Shown in pieces: positions 23,186 through 34,760 of a stretch of 64,000 nucleotides of DNA. Position 1 is the first letter of the stretch; every line of letters begins with the position of its first letter. Source of the DNA: a virus. Lineage: Duplodnaviria > Caudoviricetes. A program made the translations under genes and the position numbers. Where the stretch lies: positions 1-64,000 of IMG/VR virus record IMGVR_UViG_3300031555_003108. One strand, 5' to 3'. A model generated the notes under the pieces. The model was not told where the DNA came from, did no database searches, and worked only from the letters and a program-made list of their open reading frames with translations.

Positions 23186-23214
23186 ATTATACCACAAAAA
23201 CCATATTTTGTAAA
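23186..23214 (-). promoter_or_regulatory. Class A sigmaA-type promoter TTTACA-N17-TATAAT
   Basis: Hand-counted 17-bp spacer and extended -10 TG. Confidence 0.8.
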
Positions 23215-23608
23215 CCTCTTTTCTGAATTGTTAGTAAATTGTTTACAAATAGAAAGAGCCCAACATATTCCAGTCAGACTCTTTGTTTTTTATTAGTTAT
23301 CAAGGTCTCGAATAGTTACAATAGCCTGCTCAAGAGAATCAACGATAAGCTCATGAGCTTCATAGTCTTCAGCTTCATAACAATACTGAATAACTACTTT
23401 AGTCGGGTCTTCAATGAGATTAAAGAAGTTACAAGACACGGAATTAGTCTCAGAGCTGTGGTCAAGCTTGCCACGGTCATAGTAGGGTTTAAGTTCTCTG
23501 TAGTCTGCATCAAGTTCGGGATTCGCAGCGATGATTTCGATGGCTTCGTCTTTTGTGTATTGTTTCATGTGTTGTTCTCACTTTCTTTTATTCGTTCTTA
23601 CATTATAT

Positions 23609-23662
23609 ATTATACCGCATATTTATTAACTCAACGTTATATAAATGTGAATAACCTGTAAA
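23609..23662 (-). promoter_or_regulatory. Class B promoter: TATAAT plus upstream TTHACA-N5-TTHACA
   Basis: -10 at 23609-23614; boxes at 23646 and 23657. Confidence 0.7.
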
Positions 23663-23970
23663 TAAAAAAGAACCATATCATTTATCGACACAGTTCTTTT
23701 TTATTTATTAGAAGCTTTCCACATTGAGATCAGCATCCAGAATCTCTACGATATTTCCAGAGTAAGTAGGATTCTCAGATACAGTGAGTACCTTGAATCT
23801 GGTAGGATACTGACGGAAGCCATCGTGAGAAAGGATTCTGAAGCACTGTCCTTCCTTCATTTCAATCTTAGATTTGAACTCGAGGTTCATCGGCCAGTGG
23901 CTTGATTCTACTGTGTAATAAAACATAAGGTGGTTCTCCTTTGATTTATATTATTTGTTCTTACATATAT

Positions 23971-23999
23971 ATTATAACATGTTTTCCGTATTTTGTAAA
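23971..23999 (-). promoter_or_regulatory. Class A promoter
   Basis: TTTACA-N17-TATAAT with TG. Confidence 0.8.
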
Positions 24000-24850
24000 C
24001 CCCTTTTGGCGATTGTTTACAATTTGTTCACAATTAAATAACCCCGTCGTCGTACGAAACTCTTTCAATAGAATCGATATCTTGAAAATACTTTGTCTTA
24101 AAAATTTGCTCGGCCTCACCAAAGCTTACAGCTTTTACCAAGAAGCTCTCATGTGCCATACCGCTATGTGTTCTAATTAGAAAAATCATAATTGAAATCC
24201 TTTCAAATTTTCTTAGTAATATTTTAAACCATACTTACCAGCTCAAGCTGAATAGTATCCTTACCGGGAGAATACATAGACGACCACTCTCTGGTAATCT
24301 TCGCGAGTGCCTGGCTCTCAGCTACCTTATCAGTATCTGCATGTACTACCACAGTCTTATGCAGGGGCTCGCTGCCGTTCACTCTTACTCTATAGGTATA
24401 CATCTTTCTTTCCATAGCTAATACTCCTTTCCTTTATATTTCTTATCTGCCCTCTCGAGTTTAGTTTTCTTAGTAGGGGTTGTGCGGGTATAAAGTCCGA
24501 CCCAAGTCTTTCTGTTCTTACGCTCAAGTTTGTCTTTTGTCTTCTGTTGCATGTTCTTTCCTCCTGACTTCTATTTAAGAATTAGCCATGTCGATAACTG
24601 TCATCAATACTTCGTTAGATGGATTAGGGTCAAGCTCCATCCACTCGTCCGCATAGACATGAGTACTTCCGAAAGAGAATACATGATTCACATCGATATA
24701 GGCAACTAGAGTTTTGTTTCCTCTGTCTTCGAGAACAATATATCTTTCTTCACCAGTCTCTCTAGGTCCAAGCCACTCAGGCTTTGCTTTAATGATATCC
24801 CCAACGTTAAACTTACTCATAATTAAACCCTCCTGCTTTTATCTACATAT

Positions 24851-24904
24851 ATTATACAATATATTTATTACTTTATGTTAACAGAATTGTAAATAATATG
24901 TAAA
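24851..24904 (-). promoter_or_regulatory. Class B promoter
   Basis: -10 at 24851-24856; boxes at 24888 and 24899, plus one at 24876. Confidence 0.7.
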
Positions 24905-24950
24905 TAAAAATTCCCCCGATATTTTAATCGAGGGAATGAGGATTAGCTAG

Positions 24951-25355
24951 TTAACCCAATCGTCTGATTCGTCCGTCATAAGTATTAATCACTACGTCAC
25001 CAAACTCTGAGAAGTGTTCCTGGTCTAGGTTCCAGACATAAGAGTTCACGAAGAAAGTATCCGAGTGCACAGTATCCATGATGCAGTCATCCAGACTCTT
25101 AGAGTTTTTATAAACGCACAGCATGGACCAGCACTCCCCAAACTCTAACCACTCATGAGTGACAGCATAGACCAGGACATCATTCTTTTCCTGGACTTCT
25201 TTTACTTTCGCTTGCAGTACTACTTCGTGCGGCAGGTAGTATCCAGTAAGTCTTTCATAGAACATTGGTATATCTTCTTTCTCAAACTTTTCTACGTAGG
25301 GACCGTAAACACCTAACTTCTTTAAACATTGAATTGCAATTTCTTTCTGGTTCAT
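24951..25355 (-). CDS. Hypothetical protein, paralog of 20470..20892
   Basis: End-to-end similarity visible by eye. Confidence 0.75.
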   Translation of the reverse strand: MNQKEIAIQCLKKLGVYGPYVEKFEKEDIPMFYERLTGYYLPHEVVLQAKVKEVQEKNDVLVYAVTHEWLEFGECWSMLCVYKNSKSLDDCIMDTVHSDTFFVNSYVWNLDQEHFSEFGDVVINTYDGRIRRLG

Positions 25356-26526
25356 CTTTTGTTCCTCCTTGGAATATTATTTGTAAAACCATTTATGCAT
25401 CAAGTTATCTACATAGCATCTGGTGCCACGCGCAATAACATAGAAGCCGCCGTTTTCACTACGATATACTCTAAGCTTTCGATGGAAAGCTCTCTTGCCA
25501 GAACACTCTGAGCAGACATACTGTAAAGTCATAGTATCTGGATTAACATTCGTCTGCGGTGTTTGATAGAGAGTGCAGTTATATGTACAGGAAATTAAAT
25601 CAGTATCACTAAGCTTTTTCATATGTACTCCTTTCGTATAAAGAAAGAGCCGGCCTAAAAGAACCGGCTCGTATTTTAGAAACACAACTCAGTACAATCT
25701 CTCACTACATAGTCCTGACCCCAATCCTGATGGAAACGGTAGATAGCATCATTTCTATCGTAAGCTTCTACGAGTGTCGATCTACGCTTATCGCCGGACA
25801 TTACCCTGTTGTCGTAGTAAACAACCTTAAAAGTTTTAGTAGGTCCCATAATTTGTTCTCCTTTGTATTTTTATTTTAGTGCTTCATAAGCCAGTTAAGA
25901 TAGGTGCGAGCAGACATAATAGCAAAGCCGCCGTCTACTTTCACAGTCATATCACTGGTGCTGTACTGGGGGTTAGTTCTCTTTGCCTCTTCGGCAGAAT
26001 CGCGGGTAGTAAAGATTTCCATTTTACTTATATTCCTTTCTTTTCTTTTGTTTAAATTTTTCCACCGTAACTTTTGTATCTCTCTGTTGCCGAACTACGA
26101 GAGAGGGAAGTATACAGCACAGAAACTTCTTCTCGTTCGGACCAACCTGTAACTCTCCAGACTTTGATAATTGCATAGAGCTCGAATTGCTTTATCAGCG
26201 AAACTGACTCATGGATATAAACATCGTTGCCCGGTCTTGAAAGGTCTGTAGTATAAATTACTTCCATAGCTTTCCTCCTTACTGCCAGCCGTACTTTTCG
26301 TTCAAGGCTGAGTAATTATGGATCCAGTTGCAGAGGATTTCTTTTGCTTCTTGATGAGAAAGCTCAGGGCAGAACTCTTTGAGATAAGGTGCAGCACCGA
26401 ACATATTGGTGATACCGCTTTGACGAATTCTTTCTAATATAGTATAGTAAGCTTCCCACTCTTCTTTAATTGGATATTTGTCGTTATCGTTCATGGTAGT
26501 TTCTCCTTTGTTTTGTTTACATATAT

Positions 26527-26562
26527 ATTATAACATATTTTCGGTGATTTGTAAACTGACAA
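26527..26562 (-). promoter_or_regulatory. Class A promoter with GTCAG extension
   Basis: TTGTCAGTTTACA-N17-TATAAT. Confidence 0.8.
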
Positions 26563-27134
26563 ATTAGACAAAGTTTTCGGTTCTTTTATTGATTGTCCTG
26601 TGTGTATTGCATGAATCGGAATAATTTCGGTATAACCATCAACCCACACAGTTTTAAAATAGTTTCGGGTAGTGTCGATAAACTCTTCTACTTCACACCC
26701 TGAGATAGATCCGGAATTAATCCGGATCCACCGCAGAGTATGAAATCTGACTTCGCCGTTCATTAGCTCTCTAGCTCCACAGGTTCCCAACCCATTTCTA
26801 CCTGTGCTCTATAAATTCTTACTTCCTCATAGTACCCGCCGTCAAGATAAGAAGCGATAGTTCTGAGGTTAGCTATATTGCTGCATCCTGTTGACTGAGT
26901 AGCTAGCATCGCTCCGCCCTCGAAGTGAAGAATCAACCACTCCTTGAATCTCATTGCATCACCGATCTCTTTCTGATAGACTTCATATTCTATCTTCTCG
27001 ATTAACGATCCAGCAGGCTTCGTCTGGAATACTCCATCGATAGCTTCGATAAATCTCTTCTTCTCTGACCACATAGCAACTTTTTCTTCAAATGTCATTT
27101 CCTGTATCCTCCTTAGTTTTACTTTTATAACTAT

Positions 27135-27163
27135 ATTATAACATATTTCGCCACAAAAGTAAA
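27135..27163 (-). promoter_or_regulatory. Class A promoter variant
   Basis: TTTACT-N17-TATAAT with TG. Confidence 0.65.
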
Positions 27164-29312
27164 TAGAAGAAGTGCACGAAGTTTCCTGTGCACTTATTTT
27201 TCAGTCATCTTTAGTTTCCCTCTCGAATTCTTCTTTCGAAACTTCTACTACGTCATATCTTCCATCTCCCTCTCCGAGATGGAGTGCCATAGCAAGGTGC
27301 AGAGGGGTTTCATTAGGAAGGGTAGAAGATACATAGAACTCCTCTTCAGGATCATCTACATTAGTTACCTTAAAATATTTCATAAGTTACCTCACTTAAT
27401 TATTATATCATTAATTTCTTTGTCGTAGTAAATCTCAACAAAAGGTTCCGGCCACTGAGTTGCACTCAAGGTGATAGTCGCAGAAGAGCTTACCTTACTC
27501 AGGAGCTCCTGTAGTTCTCTTACGTTTCTCGCTGTTCCGATATACTTTTCCATAAGTTAATCCTCCTTCTGCTGCACCACAGGGTTAGAAAGCCTGCGAT
27601 AGATAGTACTAAACTTTAGTTCCAGATCCTGCAGCCAAAGTAAAAGACTTACGTCAGCAGTCTCTGAAGCTACATAGTCTATGATCTCGGAAAGGTCTTC
27701 TTTAGCTTCTTCAAGAAGTTGAGTAGTAGGTTTAATCATTTATTGTCCTCCCTTTTGTATCCGGCTTCGGTAATCACTCTGCAGAGAAAAGGTAAGTAAG
27801 CCTTCTCAAGAATCTGGTTAATAACTTCTATAGCTCTGGAATCTGGATTAATCTCTTCCCCGGTATCGAGTCTAAAAACAGGTTCTACGTTTGCGGTGCT
27901 ACTCTTATCGAGAAGCAGCTGATAGAGTTCATTATATCTTTCTTCGTTTGTCATACTTCCTCCAAGGTTCCGCAGAGCTTCGCAATCATAAGCAAAGCTT
28001 CATGCTCAGTCTTAAATACTGTCTTACCCCAAGTGTAAGTCTTTCCGAAATCTTTATGACCTCTCAACTTGATCCGGATACTTCTGGTAGTGAAGCCGAC
28101 CATCTCTACCTTATCAGATCGACACCAGTACTTAGATCCAACTGAATCGATGTACCACACATCATCTCCGGGATAACAGGGGAATTCATATTTGATTGCC
28201 ATCTTTAGAAGCCTCCTTAGTTGCATCAGCCTCGATAGCTTTCATAACTCTGAGAGCCGCTCGGTAATCTACGCAGTCTTCGTCACAAGTCTTGCACTTA
28301 CCGTGCTGACAGATAGCTCTTGCTATAAGTTCTGCATTAATCATCTTCTTTATCCTCCAGCTTCTCAATTCTTGCTTCAAGAGCTCTTATGTATTCTCTA
28401 TCTATCTGATTTGCCTCGACAAGTTCTTGTACAAGAGCATACATAGAATCATCTCGCTTTTGCTTCTTCTCGAGCAACTCAATTCTATCATGATTATATT
28501 CTACTCTAGCCATAACAAGCCAGACATAAGCTGAAGCAAGCCAGAGACATGCGGATATTCCCTCTCCTCTAATAAGGTTGAAGACGAACATGCCAAAAGC
28601 AATTGTTCCGGCAACTAAACCAAACCACTGTGTTTTCCAAAAGCTTACCATATCAATACTCCTTAAATTTAATTGCTGCAATTTCGGATACAGCTACCGT
28701 GAGTTTGCCGAAAGTGATATTCGAACATGCCGGCTCTTCGTAACCGAGACTGTTCTCAATACCCCTTCTCATTTCGTTAATCGCCCGGAATGCTTGTTTG
28801 TTTTTCTTATCTACTTTAATAGTATCTTCTACAGCCACTCCAGATTTCAGAATACAAGTCAGTGTTACTTTCTTTTTCATTAGTCGTCTCCCCACTTAAT
28901 CAGAATATAGTTTTCGTAGCCATTAGGTCCATCGTAGTAAACGTGCTCTGCTTCGAAGCCTTGCTCCTCAAGCTGTCTTACTACCTCGGCTCCAACTTTA
29001 TCAGGATTAATAACTCCCTCGAAACTTACTGTAGTATGGAAATGTCCGTTATTGATCGCGTCCTGAATCGGGATTCCGGTATTGTTGATAATAAACTCTT
29101 TAGCCATAACAACAAGTCTGTCGTTAGTTGCTGCTCTTGCTTCTTTTGCACTTATCATTTGTCTTCTTCCTTTCTGGGTTCAGAGGCAGTGCAGTTTTCT
29201 GTTGCCTTCTCTCTTCTTGCTTTCTTACATGCTTCACACAGATCCTGAAGCTTTTCGAAATCCTGCGCCATCCACTTATTAGGAAAGGCGTATCTGTCAG
29301 TATCCTTGTACA

Positions 29313-29723
29313 TTATTCTTCATCCTCCTGCTGATGATTAGTCATATACTTTCCGCAGTGAGGGCAGAACTTAGAAGCAGTACTTCTACCACGATAATCA
29401 TTTAGAGCAGAGTAACCACAGTTTGAGCAGACGAATACTATATCTTCTCCAGTAATCGCTCTGCACTGCAAGGTATCCCACTCAGCTTCAGTATCCTTGA
29501 GTTCCTGAGGTGGAATTACTTCAATTACCTCGAGAGTAATAGAAGCATCAGCAAGGTACTTTCTTTTTCGCAGTGTATCGATCATTTCCTCGGCTGCTTC
29601 TTTCCAGTGATAGATCTGAGCTTTTCTGAGTTGATGATCGAAGTGAGCATTACCGCACCAATAGCCGCCGGCACTTGTCTTTATAACCCAATTTCCTTTA
29701 GTCTTCATCAGTCTTCCCTCCAA
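29313..29723 (-). CDS. Hypothetical protein with C-terminal zinc ribbon
   Basis: FVCSNCG...KFCPHCGKYM. Confidence 0.7.
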   Translation of the reverse strand: MEGRLMKTKGNWVIKTSAGGYWCGNAHFDHQLRKAQIYHWKEAAEEMIDTLRKRKYLADASITLEVIEVIPPQELKDTEAEWDTLQCRAITGEDIVFVCSNCGYSALNDYRGRSTASKFCPHCGKYMTNHQQEDEE

Positions 29724-29934
29724 ACTTTCATTCCTGCAGGATAGCCATTCTCGAATCTATACTCCTTATAAACTGTGAAGTTCTCATCTACCTCACAAAT
29801 AGTGCAAGTACCTTTATTACACCACCAGTCAGCATAATTAGGAACTTCCTTTTTTGCTTCATCGAGAGTGTCACAAATTTTCTTATAACTAAAGTCACGC
29901 TCATTGTTAGTTGTTTGTATCAAGTAATAACGTT

Positions 29935-31163
29935 TCATTCTTTAACCTCCTTAGTTGCTTCGAGAACAGCTTCAGTAAATTCGAGGAGACTTCCAACCTC
30001 AACAGTTTCAGTTTCGAAGGGCACCTTGCCATAAGTCTTTTTCAGGGCTTTAAGATACAGCTCTCGATATCTTGCCTGGTCCTCAGAGGCTCCAGAATCT
30101 CCTGTATCGCATTTTGTTTCTTTTTGAGTATTGGTAATAGCCCCAGAGCTTTCCTCACAGCAGTGAAGGTTTTCGGGGCCTCTGGACACAAGCACAAGAT
30201 ATTCCTCAGGCCACCAGCCTGTAAAGCCGTCCACTCTGTATTCAGGACCTCCGCTTGATCCACAGCCTTTTCTTGAGATTATTTTGCCGCCATTTACTAC
30301 GGCCTCAAACATACCTATCTTACTTGGGCTGAAGACTGAGCCATATACAAAGGATACATGATCTCCTTTATTAAACTTAAATTCCATCTTAAGTCTCCTC
30401 GATTACAAGACCGTCAAGGTCATAGATTTCCATACTCTCGTTCATAGCATCAAAGAAACATTTCTTCATTGCTCGCAGGTCATCAGGAGTAAGCTTAGCA
30501 GAGAAAGAAATCCTGTACCACTTTGCTTCCTCAAGAGGAAGAACATCAAGCTCAGACTCGCCAGAATCGTCTGTATCGCCTTTTGTCTCAGTGCCCTGTA
30601 AAGTACCTACCTCAGCATCCAAAGCAAGCTGTGCGTGAAATTCGGACTCCGTGGCAAGTCCTGCAAAACAAGACTCTCTGTATGCACCACAGATGTTATT
30701 ATCAAGATAGTAATGAGGCTTGTTATTATAGGAAGGGGCAATTCCTGTTATCTTCGCTATAGTTCCCTCTCTGCCTACGAGGCCTGTAGAAGAAGGGGAA
30801 TTGAACTTATCCTTAAACCTTACGTAATCTCCTACGTTATACTTATAAGTAATGTTTCTCATCTCTTTAATTCCTCTCTGATGTTAATTATGAGTTCAGG
30901 GCCATGTAAAGTATAGTAGCTACCTCAGGGTCTCCACCTGCCTCTGCACGAAGGTCAGCCATCTTAGCAAGTCTCTCAAATACAGTTTCAGGGAAAACTT
31001 CATCCTTGACTCCGTTAATATAATAATGAGGCTCGTTGTAAGGCGGAGCAAAGCCTGTAATCTTCGCAACTGTTCCTGCCCTCTCCTCGAGTCCACAAGT
31101 GGGGTTAGTGAACTTAGCTTTGAATTTTACATAGTTTCCTACCTTGTATTTATAATCAAGCAT
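29935..31163 (-). other. Three tandem paralogous genes (29935..30387, 30389..30862, 30888..31163) with an N-terminal SH3/KOW-like domain
   Basis: FKFNKGDHV / YKYNVGDYVRFK / YKYKVGNYVKFK; the last two share GT-x-AKITG-x-AP-x-YN...PHYY. Confidence 0.7.
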
Positions 31164-31197
31164 CTTTTGTAATCCTCCAAGTTTCGTTTACATTTAT

Positions 31198-31259
31198 ATT
31201 ATACCACATAATTGCTACCCTGATATTATATAAATGTAAACGAATTGTGAATATGTAAA
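31198..31259 (-). promoter_or_regulatory. Class B promoter
   Basis: -10 at 31198-31203; boxes at 31235 and 31246. Confidence 0.7.
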
Positions 31260-32134
31260 TTATTTGAAATTCTTCCAAACAACCTCATTAATGTCGTCGT
31301 TATCTTCTGGCATATAGACTACTTCCGTGTATTTAAGTCCGGGAATTTTTTCCGCAGCGAGTCTCTCTGCACCCGTGATAGCATCTTCTTTAGTTTTGTA
31401 GGCACAGGCAGGGCGAAGGTTATCTTTAGCAGGTCCTGCATTTACGATGTAGTCAAACTTATCAGTCTTCTTCATCTTCTTCGTCCTCCTCAAAGAGTTC
31501 ATTAGCTTCTGCCATTGCTTTAACATCGTCCTCGCTCATCCACTCGAGAGCCATAAGAGCAACGTCTTTAGGGTCAAGCAACCCCTCGTCGATCATCTCA
31601 AGAATTTTATTAGTGGTTTTACGTACAGGAGGTTTAGGCATCAAATCCTCCCACCATTGTCTAATCAAAGGTCTCATTCTTCTTCCTCCTCATCAAAATC
31701 GATATAGTCTTCAAGGTCTTCTTTACAGGTTATAGGTGTCGGGGTTTCAAGAGTTCCCATCGAGCGGTCGTAGAGATAGTAGCTATCGTCAGGACAATCG
31801 CTCTCATAAACAGCAGTAAGAATATGTACAGCCATCTGAAGATTCTCTTCGTCAATCTCGTGTTTGGCCATAGCAATCAGACCATCTTCTGAGTGTACAT
31901 CATCAAGATGACCGTAAGCCCACTCAAGAAGTTCTTCAAAGGTCAGGGCATCAAAATGTTTTCGTTTCATTCTTGGCATCATAATTAAGTTCCTCCGTTA
32001 ATTTATCTTACATATATATTATATCACATTTGAAAAATAATGTGCTACACAATTTGTTATATTTTGTAAACAAACTGCAAATAAAAAAGAGCTCCGGAGG
32101 TTTAATTACCCTCAAGAGCTCTTTTTTACTTTAT

Positions 32135-32710
32135 TTAGTTTTCTTCGATTTTTTCAGGTTCCTCATCAACAGGCTCATCTACAGGTTCTACAAAGAAACT
32201 AAGAGAACAATCACAGGATTTAACAAGTGTACCATCAACTTCTACATAAGGACTGGAGTCATAGCCACGGTATCCCCAATACTCATATGATCCAATACCA
32301 CTATCTTCGTGGCTAATATGATCAACTATAACTTCGATAGTCTCTTCCTCATCTACATCTGCAATGTCTAATGTAACTTTATAACCGTCTATGATGGTAG
32401 CAAGAGTCTTAAATGCTTTCTTTGCATCTTCATAAATAGAATCTACGTATTCTACCTCATAGCCGGGGTCTCTCTTGGCGTCGTCTTCATCATCACAAGT
32501 CCAAGATGCCTTACGACTTACACTAACAAAATCTGTATGAGAGACATAGATTAGAAGCTCGCCCGTCATATCATCTACTTCAACCTCAGTAAGCTCAAAG
32601 TTGACCTCAGAAGAGAAAATACTCTCTGAGTTAATTGTTTTTAGGAGAGCTTCCGCAAATGATCTTTGCTCCTGTGCAGACAAAGTCGCAAAATTCTCTA
32701 TAATCGACAT
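32135..32710 (-). CDS. Acidic hypothetical protein behind a class D motif
   Basis: Single-gene unit; TGCTAAATTA at 32771-32780; downstream terminator near 32085-32125. Confidence 0.75.
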   Translation of the reverse strand: MSIIENFATLSAQEQRSFAEALLKTINSESIFSSEVNFELTEVEVDDMTGELLIYVSHTDFVSVSRKASWTCDDEDDAKRDPGYEVEYVDSIYEDAKKAFKTLATIIDGYKVTLDIADVDEEETIEVIVDHISHEDSGIGSYEYWGYRGYDSSPYVEVDGTLVKSCDCSLSFFVEPVDEPVDEEPEKIEEN

Positions 32711-32807
32711 AATCGTAATCTCCTTAATTTATTATTTATTATATTAAAGTAGGATAACTTTAATACTACATAATTTAGCATTAAAATTACCCTTAACTTT
32801 TATCTAA

Positions 32808-33674
32808 TTAAGTAAGACCAGCTTCGAAGGAAGCAAAATAGCTGGCCGGCACGTGGCTTCTTATCTTATCAATGCTCTGCTTCTTGCCAAACTGGAAACC
32901 ATAGTTGTCGACAAGATCCCAGATGAAAGAAGTATCAGAAATAGCTTTTCCATTCTGACTAAGATATTTTGTCAGAAAAGCAGGCATATTTGTTGCTTTA
33001 GTGGAAATATTAGCCTTCATACTTAAAGCCCACTGCATTGCGAACCCGTTAATAGTTCTCTTCTTAGAGTCTACAACTGTAGGCTTATAGTCAGTTCCAA
33101 ACTGTCTTTCAAAAGACGACAACAGATAGTCAGGCATTGCAGCAGAAAAGCTCGTAGCATTTTTTGTAAGCCAACCAAGAGAATAATAAAATTCATCTGC
33201 GGTACTTACAGGTCTATCCACCTGAGTAAGAGCTTCAAAATCCCTAAGAGCCTTTGCTTTAGCTTTCTCATATTTCTCTTCGTTCTTCCGATCTTCTTCT
33301 GCTTTCTTCCTTGCTGCCTTAGCTTCTTCACAAGCCTGTCTATCAGCAAGTCGTTGAGCTTGTTCACGTTCGATGAAGTCTGCCTTATATACAGACTGAG
33401 CCTCAAGAAGAGTATTGAGCAGAATTTCAGGCATCTCAAGCAAGTTATGCGTAAGCACAACATCCAAAGCAATGGTCTTGGTACCGGCAGATGTGAAATC
33501 AATAGTAGCATACAAACTACCGCCGGTCAAAGGTGCTTTAACAAAAGTAAGCTGGCCTTCGCCGTAGGTTCTGTGCTTTACTGTGAAAGGATAAGCAAGA
33601 GCAGCGAGATCAGAGTTGATAGCATTTCTAAGATCTTCAGCGGTGGTGTAGTCAATGTTGTTGTAAGTAGTCAT
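32808..33674 (-). CDS. Hypothetical early protein with a Tudor-like motif and a coiled coil
   Basis: Own class A promoter (33745-33778); VKHRTYGEGQL; charged helical middle region. Confidence 0.7.
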   Translation of the reverse strand: MTTYNNIDYTTAEDLRNAINSDLAALAYPFTVKHRTYGEGQLTFVKAPLTGGSLYATIDFTSAGTKTIALDVVLTHNLLEMPEILLNTLLEAQSVYKADFIEREQAQRLADRQACEEAKAARKKAEEDRKNEEKYEKAKAKALRDFEALTQVDRPVSTADEFYYSLGWLTKNATSFSAAMPDYLLSSFERQFGTDYKPTVVDSKKRTINGFAMQWALSMKANISTKATNMPAFLTKYLSQNGKAISDTSFIWDLVDNYGFQFGKKQSIDKIRSHVPASYFASFEAGLT

Positions 33675-33864
33675 AGCAAGTTCCTCTTTCGTAAAAAATA
33701 AAAATTATTTCTGTAAGTTATTGTCCTCCATAACTTACATATATATTATAACATACTTTTGCCCGTTTGTAAACTGACGAAATAAACAAAATTTCATAAA
33801 ATTCAAAAGAAAAACCTGTGTAGTTTTATACACAGGTTTAATAATTTATTAAATTGATAATTTA

Positions 33865-34635
33865 TTAGTTCTCTACGTACTCCCAATGATAACCACCAGC
33901 AGTTAAGTTAGGATTCTTGCAGCACTCAGCTACGTGTCTAATATTAAGTTGCTTAAAAACATCATGTGCGCTTCTAAACGTACTACCAGTCTCTACACAC
34001 AGCACCGCTCGACAACGAGTACAGTTCTCAGTCATTTTCTTTCGACGTTCTTCATCATGCCGGTAGCCGAGAGCATTAGTATTACCTTTGCTACTCTCAG
34101 CGAGCTTGAGCTTTACCTCCTCAGTGTGATGCTTACCTTTTATCCACGGTGTTGAACCGAGTTTTGCTTTACTCATTTTTTCTCGTGACACTTCAGACAC
34201 AATCTTATCTTTATGAACGCGACTAACATCAGCCACAAACTCTTGGTATAGCTCTAAATAAATATTTGGGTCTACTTGATCTAGGTTATCAGACAAGGCA
34301 ACTCCTCTTAGCATCAATCCTAAAGCATTTACCATGCCAGTATGTAATCTACCAGAAGAACAAAGACTAAGATAGTAGTGCGCCAGTATATGTTGGTCAT
34401 GTGTTAAATATACTGTTTGATTGGCTGCAGCGATTGAGAATATCATAGCTTCTTTTCTTGTTTTGCAGTTATGCTTGTACTTAAAATAACACACTGGTAT
34501 GACATGATGTTTTGCTGTTTTAAAAGATTCCTGCTCTTGAGATTCTGCATCTTTAATCAGTTTACAGTACTGATCTAAGTAATTGTTATCAATAATTTCG
34601 TCTAGACCAATTAAAAGGTCTCTAATCTTTTGCAT
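33865..34635 (-). CDS. HNH homing endonuclease with NUMOD3-like and NUMOD1-like modules
   Basis: KHHVIP...LTHDQHILAHYYL; SEVSREKMSKAKLG, GKHHTEEVK; AVLCVETG...GGYHWEY. Confidence 0.8.
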   Translation of the reverse strand: MQKIRDLLIGLDEIIDNNYLDQYCKLIKDAESQEQESFKTAKHHVIPVCYFKYKHNCKTRKEAMIFSIAAANQTVYLTHDQHILAHYYLSLCSSGRLHTGMVNALGLMLRGVALSDNLDQVDPNIYLELYQEFVADVSRVHKDKIVSEVSREKMSKAKLGSTPWIKGKHHTEEVKLKLAESSKGNTNALGYRHDEERRKKMTENCTRCRAVLCVETGSTFRSAHDVFKQLNIRHVAECCKNPNLTAGGYHWEYVEN

Positions 34636-34642
34636 AGAAAAA

Positions 34643-34740
34643 GATGCTCCTTAATCCTGATGTTCATTAGCGGGCGCGCCAACACCAGAACTAAAGAGCA
34701 TCATTATATTAGTGCTTCTCAACACTCATATAATTTAGCA
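34643..34740 (-). promoter_or_regulatory. Class D motif plus a long RBS-occluding hairpin
   Basis: TGCTAAATTA at 34731-34740; GATGCTCTTTAGTTCTGGTGTT pairs with AACATCAGGATTAAGGAGCATC. Confidence 0.7.
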
Positions 34741-34760
34741 AATGTTCTCTAGCAAATTTA

